DNA from: an uncultured Nitrososphaerales archaeon
GTDB taxonomy: Archaea; Thermoproteota; Nitrososphaeria; Nitrososphaerales; Nitrososphaeraceae
Reading direction: 5' to 3'
DNA: 32,000 bases
NCBI GenBank assembly: GCA_963840085.1
Contig: CAWIYT010000123.1
Coordinates: 1 to 32,000, forward strand
The translations under genes were made by a program, and so were the position numbers. The notes under the pieces were generated by a model, which saw only the letters and a list, made by a program, of their open reading frames with translations, did no database searches and was not told the DNA's origin. Positions 17,583 through 27,155 of this stretch are shown here, one piece after another. Within the stretch, counting starts at the first letter, position 1. Each line of letters begins with the position of its first letter.

Positions 17583-18380
17583 TTAAGTTATTATATTAGG
17601 AATGGGTAAAAATTCTGTTTTTATTTTATTTTCTGCCTTAAAAAGTGCTTCATCTATGATATTTAATGCTGTATCATTTGCTATTTTAAAATTGATTAAA
17701 TGTCCTCCAATCTGACCCGCATTAAAAAGAACATCACATAGCAAATCTGATATATTCTTAAATTCATGTTCTGATTCTCTAATATAGGGAATTAATAAGG
17801 ATCTAATACTTTTCACTACTGTTAATGAAGGAGTTATTGTCTCAACTAAATCTTTAAAACTAGATACACTACAAATTTGACTATACAAATTATCTAAAAC
17901 AATTTTTGTAGTCCATACAGCTCTACTGGTTTTTCTAATTCCATTCAATTCTGATGAGATTAAAGACGAATATTGAATATTGTTCTCTTTTATGGAAATA
18001 ACTAATTTCTTCATTACTTCCTCATCTTGAATTTTTAATTCATTGAAAATAGTTTGAAGCTTTATTTTCTCATTGTTAATTCTGCATTGTATTTGGTTTA
18101 TCTTTGGTTTCAATGGTATATTATATTTTATTAGATAAAATTCATTATCACGTAGAAATGGAGAATTATGACAATTCTGAGTTATATGTTGAGAATTTGA
18201 ATTTAAATTAAGATTATCTTTTTTTACCTCTTTATATTCTGTTGCTGTTGCTGAGATTGGTTGTGGTACTGCTGCTGCTGCTGTTGCCCCTGCTCCTACT
18301 GCTGCTGAAGTCATCGTTGTCATTGTCGTTGTCAAAGAAGAATTATTTTCTATGATTTCTAAATTATCATTTTCTCTCAT
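17583..18380 (-). CDS. ESCRT-III / CdvB-like (Snf7 family) protein with a low-complexity N-terminal extension
   Basis: The core region is helical and collinear by eye with crenarchaeal CdvB as I recall it. Three stretches carry the resemblance: 'PLKPKINQIQCRINNEKIKLQTIFNELKIQDEEVMKKLV', 'SSELNGIRKTSR' and 'ITPSLTVVKSIRSLLIPYIRESEHEFKNISDLL'. The N-terminus is 'TTMTTMTSAAVGAGATAAAAVP'. Confidence 0.5.
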   Translation of the reverse strand: MRENDNLEIIENNSSLTTTMTTMTSAAVGAGATAAAAVPQPISATATEYKEVKKDNLNLNSNSQHITQNCHNSPFLRDNEFYLIKYNIPLKPKINQIQCRINNEKIKLQTIFNELKIQDEEVMKKLVISIKENNIQYSSLISSELNGIRKTSRAVWTTKIVLDNLYSQICSVSSFKDLVETITPSLTVVKSIRSLLIPYIRESEHEFKNISDLLCDVLFNAGQIGGHLINFKIANDTALNIIDEALFKAENKIKTEFLPIPNIIT

Positions 18381-18516
18381 AAAATTCGATCATCTTTTCT
18401 TGTAGTATGTATATAATACCAGCATGTTCGATGTTTAATAGTAACTGTGGTTACAGTAATCTAAGTTACAAATTTCCATTTAGCTTAGTATTTTTTTTAG
18501 TTTTGACATAATCTAA

Positions 18517-19740
18517 TTGACAAAGGGATTTTATTTTAAATCTTATTTTAAGAAAATATCAATGAATCAGAGACACATCCATGATAACAACTATTCCTTT
18601 CAGGATATAAATATTAGTAATATAAAAAACAATAATAAAAAAGCTTTCGGAGCGCGAAACCAATATTTTTCAAATCATGACAGTCCTAATAATAATAATA
18701 CTCGATGTGTCAATAATATTAATATTAAAAACAATGATCTAATTGGCAATTTAGAGGAATTTGGTCTATCACAATATGAAGCTCGTGCTTATTTAACCAT
18801 GATAGGTAAAGGTTCGCTATCTGCTAGTGAAATAGCATATTATTCTCATTTACCAAGAACAAAAATTTATCTAACCTTAAAAAAATTAGAGAAAAAGGGG
18901 TTATCTGTCATTTCCCAACAAAAACCTCTAATATGTAGTGCAATAAATCCAACTGAAGCTTTTGAAGAAATTGTATTAATACAAGAACAGAAACTGAGAA
19001 ATATGAAACGAGTTGTTGAAAAATTACAAAAGATTAATGATGAAAGTAATTCTTTAAAAGGTCTTGAAGAAAAAAGATATTTCATATTAGATCCTAAATC
19101 TACTCTTCAAAAATTATCTGTGCTAGTTGAGAATTCTCGAACTAGTATTACTGCAATTCTTGATATTTGGGGATTGAGATTAATTTCCGAATGCAAATCA
19201 TCTTTAATTAAAGCTATTACTAAGGGTGTAAAGTTCCAATTTCTAATTTCAAATCAATGTATTGGCAGTGAATATTTATCCTTTTTACCAAATGAAATTA
19301 TGATAAAAGTTGGAAACGTTTTTTCAAATATTATTATACTAGATTCAGGTAATATAATAAATATCGATGGAGGAAATGGTAAGGCTGCATTATTTACATC
19401 TATTGATATATTGGGATTTTCATATATGAAAATTTTTGAAGAAGAATGGAAAAAAGCAATTGAGATCAAAAATTTGAATAAAACTGAATCATTGAATCAA
19501 TTAAAAGCCATTCAAATTATTAAATTTATTGAAGACCTTTCCTGTTTCTCCACTTCTCAATATTTATATTCTATTTATCTTTCAAATTTATCTTTATTAG
19601 AAGCTAATAGTAAGTCTAATGACTTGGTTTCTCTTCCTCCTCCTCCTCTCCAATTTCTTATCATAGTCAGGAAAATAACAATATATCTAGTATTAAAAAA
19701 GATAAAAATGATGCACCAACTTGTGAATATACTCCTATAA
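18517..19740 (+). CDS. TrmB-family transcriptional regulator (start and C-terminus uncertain)
   Basis: Winged-helix region 'LEEFGLSQYEARAYLTMIGKGSLSASEIAYYSHLPRTKIYLTLKKLEKKGL'. A more likely start is ATG at 18559. The last 40 or so codons, after a TCC repeat, look non-native. Confidence 0.7.
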   Translation: MTKGFYFKSYFKKISMNQRHIHDNNYSFQDINISNIKNNNKKAFGARNQYFSNHDSPNNNNTRCVNNINIKNNDLIGNLEEFGLSQYEARAYLTMIGKGSLSASEIAYYSHLPRTKIYLTLKKLEKKGLSVISQQKPLICSAINPTEAFEEIVLIQEQKLRNMKRVVEKLQKINDESNSLKGLEEKRYFILDPKSTLQKLSVLVENSRTSITAILDIWGLRLISECKSSLIKAITKGVKFQFLISNQCIGSEYLSFLPNEIMIKVGNVFSNIIILDSGNIINIDGGNGKAALFTSIDILGFSYMKIFEEEWKKAIEIKNLNKTESLNQLKAIQIIKFIEDLSCFSTSQYLYSIYLSNLSLLEANSKSNDLVSLPPPPLQFLIIVRKITIYLVLKKIKMMHQLVNILL

Positions 19741-19778
19741 TTTATTCCAGCAAAAATTATGCTTCCTTTATAAATTCT

Positions 19779-20072
19779 TTGGGCAAGTATGGAATCAATC
19801 TTAATGATTTCACCATTGAAGAACTTTTTCAAATAGTAAATTTATCTCTAAAGATGAACTATTCCGGAGAATTACGATATGACAAAAATAATAATATTTT
19901 AAGTATATATTCAAAAGGCAAAAGCAAATCATTAGTTATATTGACAATATTGTTAAGTTCGTATTTTTTAAATTTAAAATATAAGATCGATATTAGTCCA
20001 AAAATTTCAGAAATATCCGATGAAATCAAGACAGATACATTTTTTATTAAATTTTCTAAATCTCTTCATTAA
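19779..20072 (+). CDS. Hypothetical protein, or the displaced C-terminal part of the upstream gene
   Basis: This frame is open from 19623, directly after four stop codons, through 20072. The only starts are TTG at 19779 and ATG at 19854. Confidence 0.35.
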   Translation: MGKYGINLNDFTIEELFQIVNLSLKMNYSGELRYDKNNNILSIYSKGKSKSLVILTILLSSYFLNLKYKIDISPKISEISDEIKTDTFFIKFSKSLH

Positions 20073-20851
20073 TTATTGTTTTAATTTTTTCTTTATTAGA
20101 AAATTATTCAAATGATATTAATTTTATTTTGCTGCCTCGAAGATGAGAATTGTGTAATAAAGAAACAGAGAGAAGACAATAAAGAAATGACGAGATTATT
20201 ATAACCTGAATCAATCTTAGGTCTTTGTGATTATACATTTGAAAATATGTTCTTCAATGTTGGTTTGATATCTCAAAATCTATTGATGATATAATTAAAG
20301 TTGCTATAGTAGGAATTCATGATCTGGATTATCAAAGTCCTTATCATCAATTGCTTGATCATTATAATTTACCTTAACAGTTATGTAAATACATAGATTG
20401 ACAATTTTAGTAAAATAATATTTATCACTTTGACAAAGATATGTGATAGATACAGCTTTAGCTTGGCATAGATTTACACCATTATGACGTGGTAAGATAT
20501 ACTCCCCTTAGAGATATTACAGATAAAGAGAAAAATAGATTATATTCTCTTTTGGATACATATCCAGAGATAAAGTACAGGATAAAAATTGTACCTCTTG
20601 CTAGTGAAGGTTACACAGTACCTGAGATAAGAGAGATGACCAACATATACGACAGAACAATTAGAAAATGGATTCATAAATTCAACGATAATGGAATAGA
20701 AGGGCTGTTTACAAAGATAGACTATTCTCCTATGGTAAAGATAGATAATGATGCAAGAAAAGAGATTGTAAAAATAGCATCTACAAATCCAAGGGATCTG
20801 GGATTAAAATTCTCTACATGGTCACTGAGATCACTTGCTGGTTATCTTACC

Positions 20852-21910
20852 TGTTGTACTTGCATAGATAGGTAACAGATTCACTTACCAACATGGGTAA
20901 CACTTTCTTTTATCTGCTTGACTATGTTGTTACTACTGGAATTATTTAATCTTGTTCCTTTCATAAGAAACATTTCAGATGGTGTGTAACCATTGATACC
21001 ACCATGTTCTCTATCTTCATTGTATGCTTTTACAAACATAGAATACATTTTCTTTCCATCATTTACATTGGGAATATTTTCAATTGCTAGAAACTCATTT
21101 TTAACTATCTTGTTGTATGCCTCAATTTTACCTTGTAGTTGTGGATAGAATTTTGGAATTGGTTTATCCTTTATCTTGTTCTTTTTCAAGAAACCTTTGA
21201 ATATTTTGGATGTAAATTGTTTACCATTGTCATGCATTACTTTGTGAGGTTTTCCATTCTCTACACAATGTAGTCTTCAAGTACAATCTAGTACATCTAC
21301 ACTTCTTTTTCTTTCAGACCATTCACTTGATGTTTTTCTTGAACAGTCATCTTCACAACTGATAAAATAATTCTTTTGAGCACAATTTTGAAGGTAAAAT
21401 GGTCCTAAAATATCCATCTGTACCATTTGATTGGGTTTTTCCATTGCAAATCTTTTGTATTTTCTATTTCTGATTTTACATTTCAATATGTTCAGACCAT
21501 GTCTTTTCAGTACCTTGTATATGGTTTTAGTACTGAGTGATATTTCCTTTAATCTCTTTAACCTGAATCTTATACGGTTACATCCAAATCTTTTTGTGAT
21601 ACGTAGATCCAGTATTTCTTGTTCTATCTCATTTGTTACCTTTGCAGGTTGAATATTGTGTGGTTTTCTACTTCTATCCTGCAGACCATCTATGCCATCC
21701 TTTAGGTACCTGTTCTTCCATTTGTAGTATATCTTTCTGGATATCTGATATCGTATGCAGATGTCAGTTACAGTATCTCCAGTCAATTCTTTCTCATGAA
21801 TTAAATTAAATTTTGTTTGTAGTTCTATTTTTCATACACTTCCTAGCAGAACTAGAAAGTGTTACCTATGTGTGTAAGTGAAATTGTAACCTATGTTGGT
21901 AAGTACAACA
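20852..21910 (-). mobile_element. IS481-family element nested inside the IS630-like element
   Basis: 56-nt imperfect terminal inverted repeats, both starting TGTTGTACTT (46/56 identical by hand). They are flanked by a direct 6-bp duplication, CTTACC (20846-20851 and 21911-21916). Confidence 0.8.
20881..21835 (-). pseudogene. IS481-family (rve integrase-core) transposase with an in-frame TGA and an N-terminal frameshift
   Basis: HTH 'ICIRYQISRKIYYKWKNRYLKDGIDGLQDRSRKPH' and rve motifs 'VQMDILGP', 'MHDNGKQFTS', 'PQLQGKIEAYNK'. The two ORF-track pieces share one frame, separated by TGA at 21277-21279. The ATG at 21833-21835 is out of frame across a 5-nt homopolymer run (T on the plus strand, 21828-21832). 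Confidence 0.8.
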
Positions 21911-22834
21911 CTTACCAAAGACAAAAAAATAGTAAAACAAGGAATCAGTCATACCAGAATTAAGGAGATACTAAATGAAAGTAAAATAGAATGGAGAAAT
22001 TCAAAGACGGTACTGGGTAAAAGTAGGAGATCCTGAATACGAATTGAAAAAAAGAGGATTGAAGAATTAAGATACAATACATCGTCATCAGATTCCATCT
22101 TGCTATATCAAGATGAGAAAGGTCCAGTAGCAGCAAAGACACATGGCGGTCCGTCATGGTGTTCAGTACAAACGAAGATAGAAAAAGCACAGAAGATAAA
22201 AGGTCTTCTCAATGTATTTGGTGTCTATGACCACACTAACGACCAAATGTATACACACTGCTACAAAAATAAAACGGGAAATCAGTTTCTAGATTTCATC
22301 AAACGTGTAGACAGAAAATATGATTCCTCTGTCAAGCAAATATTTCTTGTACTGGATAATGCATCAATACACAAATCCAAGAAGGTACGAGAAACCATAC
22401 AGAAACATCATCACAGAATAAACTTTGTATTCTTGCCAACAAGATCTCCAGAACTAAACCTTATAGAAGTAAGATGGTTATGGATGCAGAGACAAGCAGT
22501 AAACAATTCTACCTTTAAAAATGAACCAGATATTGGAAAAGCAGTATCTGACTGGATATACAACTATAATGAGAAACATGGTAGAAGGATAACTGATATC
22601 TTACAGATAGGAGTAATGAGTATGACTACATAACTCTTAACTTATTATTATTATTATTATTCATTTAATTTCAAAAACATTCATTTTGTAGCCATCTATT
22701 CTGAATATCCATATGAAAAAGAAAGTAAACAATATGAATTTATAATAAAAAATAATCTGGGGGAAACAATATAAGCTTGATAATTTAATGCATAAGATTA
22801 TTTTTATTGAGTTGTAGAAAACATTGCCTTGTTG

Positions 22835-23842
22835 TGCTTTGTTGCGCAACTCGATTAAATTATAGATTTTAACTTACCATATTATTTTGTTAGACTATTG
22901 TTATACTTCTAAACCAATTATACAACGATGCTTTCAGTACTATTTCTTTTATCATGTTCTCTAATCTGATAGCAGTAACATATTCTCCAAACATTCTCTT
23001 GATACAGGAGAAGACAGTTTCTGCAATCCATCGCTTACCATAGCTAACGCTATCCTTCCATTCTTGTAAATTATTTTTCTGCATTTTCACCGTCTTGTTT
23101 CTAAGGTAATGATTGGTCTTTCTATATCTGGAATTCTTTCTAACCTTTATTGCTGGTTTGATTCCCTTAAATGACAATATCTGAAAATTATTGTTACTAT
23201 CATATGCACCATCTGCGATAGTCATATCTATTTCCTTATTCTGTTTTATTGTTATATCCTCAACTAATTTTGGTAGTACTTTTCCATCATGTACTTCTTC
23301 ACTGGTTACCTGTAACGATAAAATTCTCTTTCTTTTAATATCAACTGCTACATGTATCTTTAGATAACCTCTTTTTACATTCCACTTGTGTCTAATCCAT
23401 TCACCTCCGTTTGTAACTTTAACACCAGTAGAGTCAATTGCGATTACAAAATTATCAACATGTACACTAGATTCATCATCACTAGAAATTGTTATATTTA
23501 ATTTGTTTATTCTTCTACAAATTCTACTATAATCTGGAACTGATGGTAATGTGTTTGAAGCATGTTTTCGTACTACGCCTTCAGTCTGTCTATATGGTAA
23601 ATGAAAATATGCTCTCATATAACCAAGTAATTTGATAAATGAATCTGGATATACGAATTTTCTGCCTTCCTTGTCCTTATTCATCTTCTCTAGTTCAGAA
23701 TCCCAGTTATCGATAACATCAAAATCAAGTAATACCTCACCACGTTTAACAAGTGATTCATTGTAACTTCTTCCAGTTCACATAGTATTACTAGAATAGG
23801 TTAGCTAAATATGTTAGGAAGAACGAGTTAGGCAACAAGGTG
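22835..23842 (-). mobile_element. IS5-family element, copy A
   Basis: Ends 'tgctttgttgcgcaactc' (22835-22852) and 'gagttaggcaacaaggtg' (23825-23842). About 1.0 kb. Confidence 0.8.
22890..23684 (-). CDS. IS5-family DDE transposase (copy A); the N-terminal ~30 codons are lost to a frameshift near 23765
   Basis: 'IAIDSTGVKV', 'MTIADGAYDSNNN' and 'RWIAETVFSCIKRMFG' give a DDE triad. Compared with copy B, the upstream GTG start (23779-23781) is out of frame. Confidence 0.75.
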   Translation of the reverse strand: MNKDKEGRKFVYPDSFIKLLGYMRAYFHLPYRQTEGVVRKHASNTLPSVPDYSRICRRINKLNITISSDDESSVHVDNFVIAIDSTGVKVTNGGEWIRHKWNVKRGYLKIHVAVDIKRKRILSLQVTSEEVHDGKVLPKLVEDITIKQNKEIDMTIADGAYDSNNNFQILSFKGIKPAIKVRKNSRYRKTNHYLRNKTVKMQKNNLQEWKDSVSYGKRWIAETVFSCIKRMFGEYVTAIRLENMIKEIVLKASLYNWFRSITIV

Positions 23843-24856
23843 CCTTGTTGCGCAACTCATCATTCCTAACACATTTAGCTAACCTATTTTAGTCATATCA
23901 TGTGAGAAATTGGAAGAAATACAATGAGTCTCTTGTTAAACGTGGTGAGATATTACTTGATTTTGATGTTATCGATAACTGGGATTCTGAACTAGAGAAG
24001 ATGAATGAAGGCAAAGAAGGTAGAAAATTCGTATATCCAGAGTCATTTATCAAATTACTTGGCTACATGAGAGCATACTTTCACTTACCGTATAGACAAA
24101 CTGAAGGCGTAGTACGAGCACATGCTGCAAATACGTTACCATCAATTCCAGATTATAGCAGGATTTGTAGAAGAATAAACAGATTAAATATAAAGATTTC
24201 TGATAATGATAAGTCTAATTTATATGATGATAACTTTGTAATTGCAATTGATTCTACTGGTGTTAAAGTTACAAACAGAGAGGAGAATGGATTAGACATA
24301 AGTGGAATGTCAAGAGAGGCTATCTAAAGATACATGTTGCCGTAGATATCAAACGAAAGAGAATATTATCATTACAAGTAACCAGTGAACAAGTACATGA
24401 TGGAAAAGGTACTACCCAAATTAGTAGATGATATTACAATAAAGAATAACAAGATAATAGATATGACTATCGCAGATAGTGCCTATGATAGTAACAATAA
24501 TTTTCAATTTCCATCATTCAAGGGAATTAATCCTGCAATAAAAGTCAGAAAGAATTCCAGATGCAGAAAGACCAATCATTACCAGAGAAACAAGACGGTG
24601 AAAATGCAGAAAAATAATTTACAGAATTGGAAGAATAGCGTTAGCTATGGTCAGCGATGGATTGCAGAAACTGTCTTCTCCTGTATGAAGAGAATGTTTG
24701 ATAGAGAATATGTTACTGCTATCAGGTTTGAGAACATGATAAAAGAAATGATACTGAAAGCATCGTTATATAACTTGTTTCAGAGTCTAACTGTTACATA
24801 ATTATCAATCTCAGTAGGATAGATTTGATTATCTAGATGAGTTGCGCAACAAAGCA
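23841..24856 (+). mobile_element. IS5-family element, copy B
   Basis: Ends 'tgccttgttgcgcaactc' (23841-23858) and 'gagttgcgcaacaaagca' (24839-24856). Confidence 0.8.
23902..24801 (+). pseudogene. IS5-family transposase (copy B), with about 40 central codons out of frame
   Basis: The N-terminal piece (23902-24327) and C-terminal piece (24385-24801) share a frame. Relative to copy A there is a +2 indel near 24285 and a +1 indel near 24405. Confidence 0.8.
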
Positions 24857-25563
24857 GAAAACATCTAATAACATAACAACTAACAAATTTATCTTTCTGT
24901 CAACAACATTGTATGCTATATCTGAATATCAATCCTCTATTTTGCATTCTTACTGGTATTATGAATCTTATATATTTCTCCAAACCATCTTTTTTTTTAT
25001 GATCTAAACAATAGTTTCATCTTTGATTTTACAGAATGTTGTTGTAATCATGTTTCAATTCCTTTCTTTATTTGCCACGAGTTTTCCATCCATACCAACA
25101 TCTCTTTATACTTTGAAGGTATAGCATTGAGTCATTCAATTTATCTCTAGCAAGTGTGTATGATTGTCTTTATTGTCGTATTCTTTGTCTGTTACAAATA
25201 CTCTACTGATAATTTTTTTTATTTTTGATGATATTTTTGTCATAATCATTTGAAATCTCTATTATCATCTCTTCTTGGGACTCGATGTTGATGTTTTATA
25301 TATATATTATTACTGTAGAACATCTGCACTGCAGCAGCAATAGATAGTTTACTAAGGGTAAAATTCTACAAGATCTAATAATAGGTAATTTTTGACACTT
25401 ATCTTTAAAGATGAATCATTGCAGATTGTTTACCAATGAATTTATCTCCAAGAAAATACCAACCAATTTTTCAACTACTGAATAATAAATTTTTTTTATT
25501 TAATTTAAAAAATAAAATAACAAATATCTTAAAAAGACAGACCCACAATATATATATTTATAA

Positions 25564-26154
25564 TTGAATAAAAAAATAAGATTAAATTTCTTCAATGTAA
25601 ATTTTATAATTACAATAACAGCAATTGTAACTTCTTTTTCTTTTATTTCATATCTTAGCATGTATAATATTTTATCGGCGAATGGTCAAGGATCTTCCAC
25701 AACTAGTATTTTTGATATTGTATCCCAATGTGATGAAGTAATAAATACTACTTCATTAAGGGGGATGGTACATGGAGGCATAACTAATGACTGCTTAAAT
25801 GGAGGAAAAGGCAATGATATTTTGTATGGCGATCTAGGTTATGATATCTTATATGGAAACGAAGGCGATGACCAACTAATAGGTGATTCTGGAAACGATA
25901 AATTGTATGGCGGACCAGGTAATGATGATTTAGTTGGTGGTTTAGGAGATGATCTTCTTGATGGTGGAGATGGAAATGATTTACTTGAAGGTGGTAAAGG
26001 TGATGATAAATTGATAGGAGGCAATGGAGATGATACCTTGATAGGTGATTCAGGTGCTGATTTTTATATATGCGGACCAGGAGATGATATAGCAGTAAAG
26101 TTTAACAATTTGGAAGGAGATACAAAAACTGCTGATTGTGAAACAATAACATGA
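25564..26154 (+). CDS. Membrane-anchored or secreted protein with RTX (hemolysin-type calcium-binding) nonapeptide repeats
   Basis: N-terminal hydrophobic helix, then about 12 consecutive GGxGxDxLx units ('GGKGNDILYGDLGYDILYGNEGDDQLIGDSGNDKLYGGPGNDDLVGGLGDDLLDGGDGNDLLEGGKGDDKLIGGNGDDTLIGDSGAD'). TTG start. Confidence 0.8.
   Translation: MNKKIRLNFFNVNFIITITAIVTSFSFISYLSMYNILSANGQGSSTTSIFDIVSQCDEVINTTSLRGMVHGGITNDCLNGGKGNDILYGDLGYDILYGNEGDDQLIGDSGNDKLYGGPGNDDLVGGLGDDLLDGGDGNDLLEGGKGDDKLIGGNGDDTLIGDSGADFYICGPGDDIAVKFNNLEGDTKTADCETIT
25774..26097 (+). repeat. 27-nt coding periodicity (RTX nonapeptide units)
   Basis: The repeats run from residue 71 to residue 178 of the ORF. The antisense ORF at 25839-26024 is a shadow of this region. 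Confidence 0.8.
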
Positions 26155-26428
26155 TGAAAGTTATAATAATGAATAATTATTTCAATTATTATTATTATCG
26201 GTCTATTATAAAATAATATTTTTCTTTATTCTAATTATTAGAATTTTTGAGAAATATTTTATCTAAATCTAACTATTATTTTCCTTTCTTGTATGTATTT
26301 TATTTACTCTATCAAGTCTTTTATCATTAATTTTTCACAATCTGAATTTTGATCAGAAAATTCATAAGAAGTAAGACATTCAAAAAACAATTGTCCTGAT
26401 TATATATATATTCTACCTATGTTTGTCA

Positions 26429-27155
26429 GGTGGTGTTAAGTTAATGACTTGTATCACCTCCTACAAGGTACATCAATAATCGAAATTTTAGATGAGATCT
26501 CCTTATACCATTGTGCATGAATACAAATAATTGAATCCAGTTATAGACATGTGATAGATTACAGTCAAATTTTCTACAAGGGTAACAATCATCGAATTGT
26601 TCTGTTCTATCCTTTACATATTCAATGGCTCTTTCAATTATGCTCTTTTCATAAGGTGAATGTAACCGATGTTCTAATCTCAAAGAATTACATGCTTCAG
26701 GATACCAACTACCATCATCTGAATAAACAATATGTCTACCATATTTTTCAACTAACGAATATAGAAAGTGTTCAGTAACAAGCATATTTCTATGTCTGGA
26801 GATGTAAACACCAAGGATAACTCTATGTACTGGTTCAACTGCTACCCATAACCATGATTTTGTATTTCCGATTTGTATCATTGTTTCATCTATCAGAAAT
26901 GCAGATACTCTTTTACATGGATAGATCTGTTTGGGATTGAACTTTTGTACCCATTCCCAGACAGCAACATGACTTCTCTGTATAAATGGTTCTATTGCTC
27001 TTGATACATTACGAAAACTTAACCCCAGAAAATACAAATATAATCCATACATAACTATCTCGCTGGATGTTCTCTCACGTTTAGAAGATAAACTCAATAG
27101 AATATGAGAGGACATTCCCAGCTATAGCCCTTTTTTTTGCTTAACTTAACAGGAC
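26429..27155 (-). mobile_element. IS6-family element, apparently intact, with an 8-bp target-site duplication
   Basis: Terminal inverted repeats GGTGGTGTTAAGTTAA (26429-26444) and TTAACTTAACAGGACC (27140-27155), 14/16 matching. Direct repeat GTTTGTCA at 26421-26428 and 27156-27163. 727 bp. Confidence 0.8.
26441..27115 (-). CDS. IS6-family DDE transposase
   Basis: 224 aa, uninterrupted. 'FLIDETMIQIG', 'IVYSDDGSWYPEA' and 'SIIERAIEYVKDR' give a DDE triad. The stop codon lies inside the terminal repeat. Confidence 0.75.
   Translation of the reverse strand: MSSHILLSLSSKRERTSSEIVMYGLYLYFLGLSFRNVSRAIEPFIQRSHVAVWEWVQKFNPKQIYPCKRVSAFLIDETMIQIGNTKSWLWVAVEPVHRVILGVYISRHRNMLVTEHFLYSLVEKYGRHIVYSDDGSWYPEACNSLRLEHRLHSPYEKSIIERAIEYVKDRTEQFDDCYPCRKFDCNLSHVYNWIQLFVFMHNGIRRSHLKFRLLMYLVGGDTSH

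Larger units (their letters stand above)
20489..22633 (+). pseudogene. IS630-family transposase, disrupted by an IS insertion and two frameshifts
   Basis: N-terminal HTH ('IREMTNIYDRTIRKWIHKFNDNGIEGL'). DDE region 'LLYQDEKG', 'FLVLDNASIHKS', 'FLPTRSPELNLIEVRW'. The ORF is cut at 20851/20852 and resumes at 21917. The 'DPEYELKK' segment (about 22025-22053) is out of frame between A-runs. Confidence 0.75.
20377..22637 (+). mobile_element. IS630/Tc1-mariner-family element, decayed and interrupted
   Basis: Candidate terminal repeats ACAGTTATGTA (20377-20387) and TACATAACTCT (22627-22637), each flanked by TA. Subtracting the 1065-bp insertion leaves about 1.2 kb, typical of IS630. Confidence 0.6.

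Noticed and set aside
18867-19832. Minus-strand ORFs 18867-19085, 19254-19469 and 19575-19832, opposite the TrmB-like gene
   Set aside because: They are antisense shadows. The last overlaps the ambiguous C-terminal region but has no distinguishing features.
21277-21279. The in-frame TGA in the IS481-like transposase as selenocysteine or programmed readthrough
   Set aside because: The same gene also has an N-terminal frameshift, and I saw no recoding signal. A plain nonsense mutation is the simpler reading.
21431-22190. ORFs 21431-21652 (+) and 21960-22190 (-)
   Set aside because: The first is antisense to the IS481-like transposase and the second is antisense to the IS630-like transposase.
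22809-22836. 'gagttgtagaaaacat...ccttgttgtg' left of IS5 copy A resembles the copy-B right end plus its flank ('gagttgcgcaacaaagcagaaaacat'); considered as a target duplication or a third IS end
   Set aside because: The shared 'agaaaacat' does not abut the IS end on the left side, so it does not behave as a target-site duplication. It may be a footprint, but the evidence is too thin.
22661-22849. 62-aa ORF between the IS630-like and IS5-like elements
   Set aside because: It is a hydrophobic, low-complexity product in an AT-rich spacer and runs into the IS5 terminal repeat.
25774-26097. The regular 27-nt periodicity considered as a CRISPR-like or non-coding tandem array
   Set aside because: The period equals nine codons of a continuous ORF encoding canonical RTX nonapeptides, and there are no unique spacers. 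The antisense ORF 25839-26024 is a shadow.
26551-26778. ORF antisense to the IS6-like transposase
   Set aside because: It is a shadow ORF.
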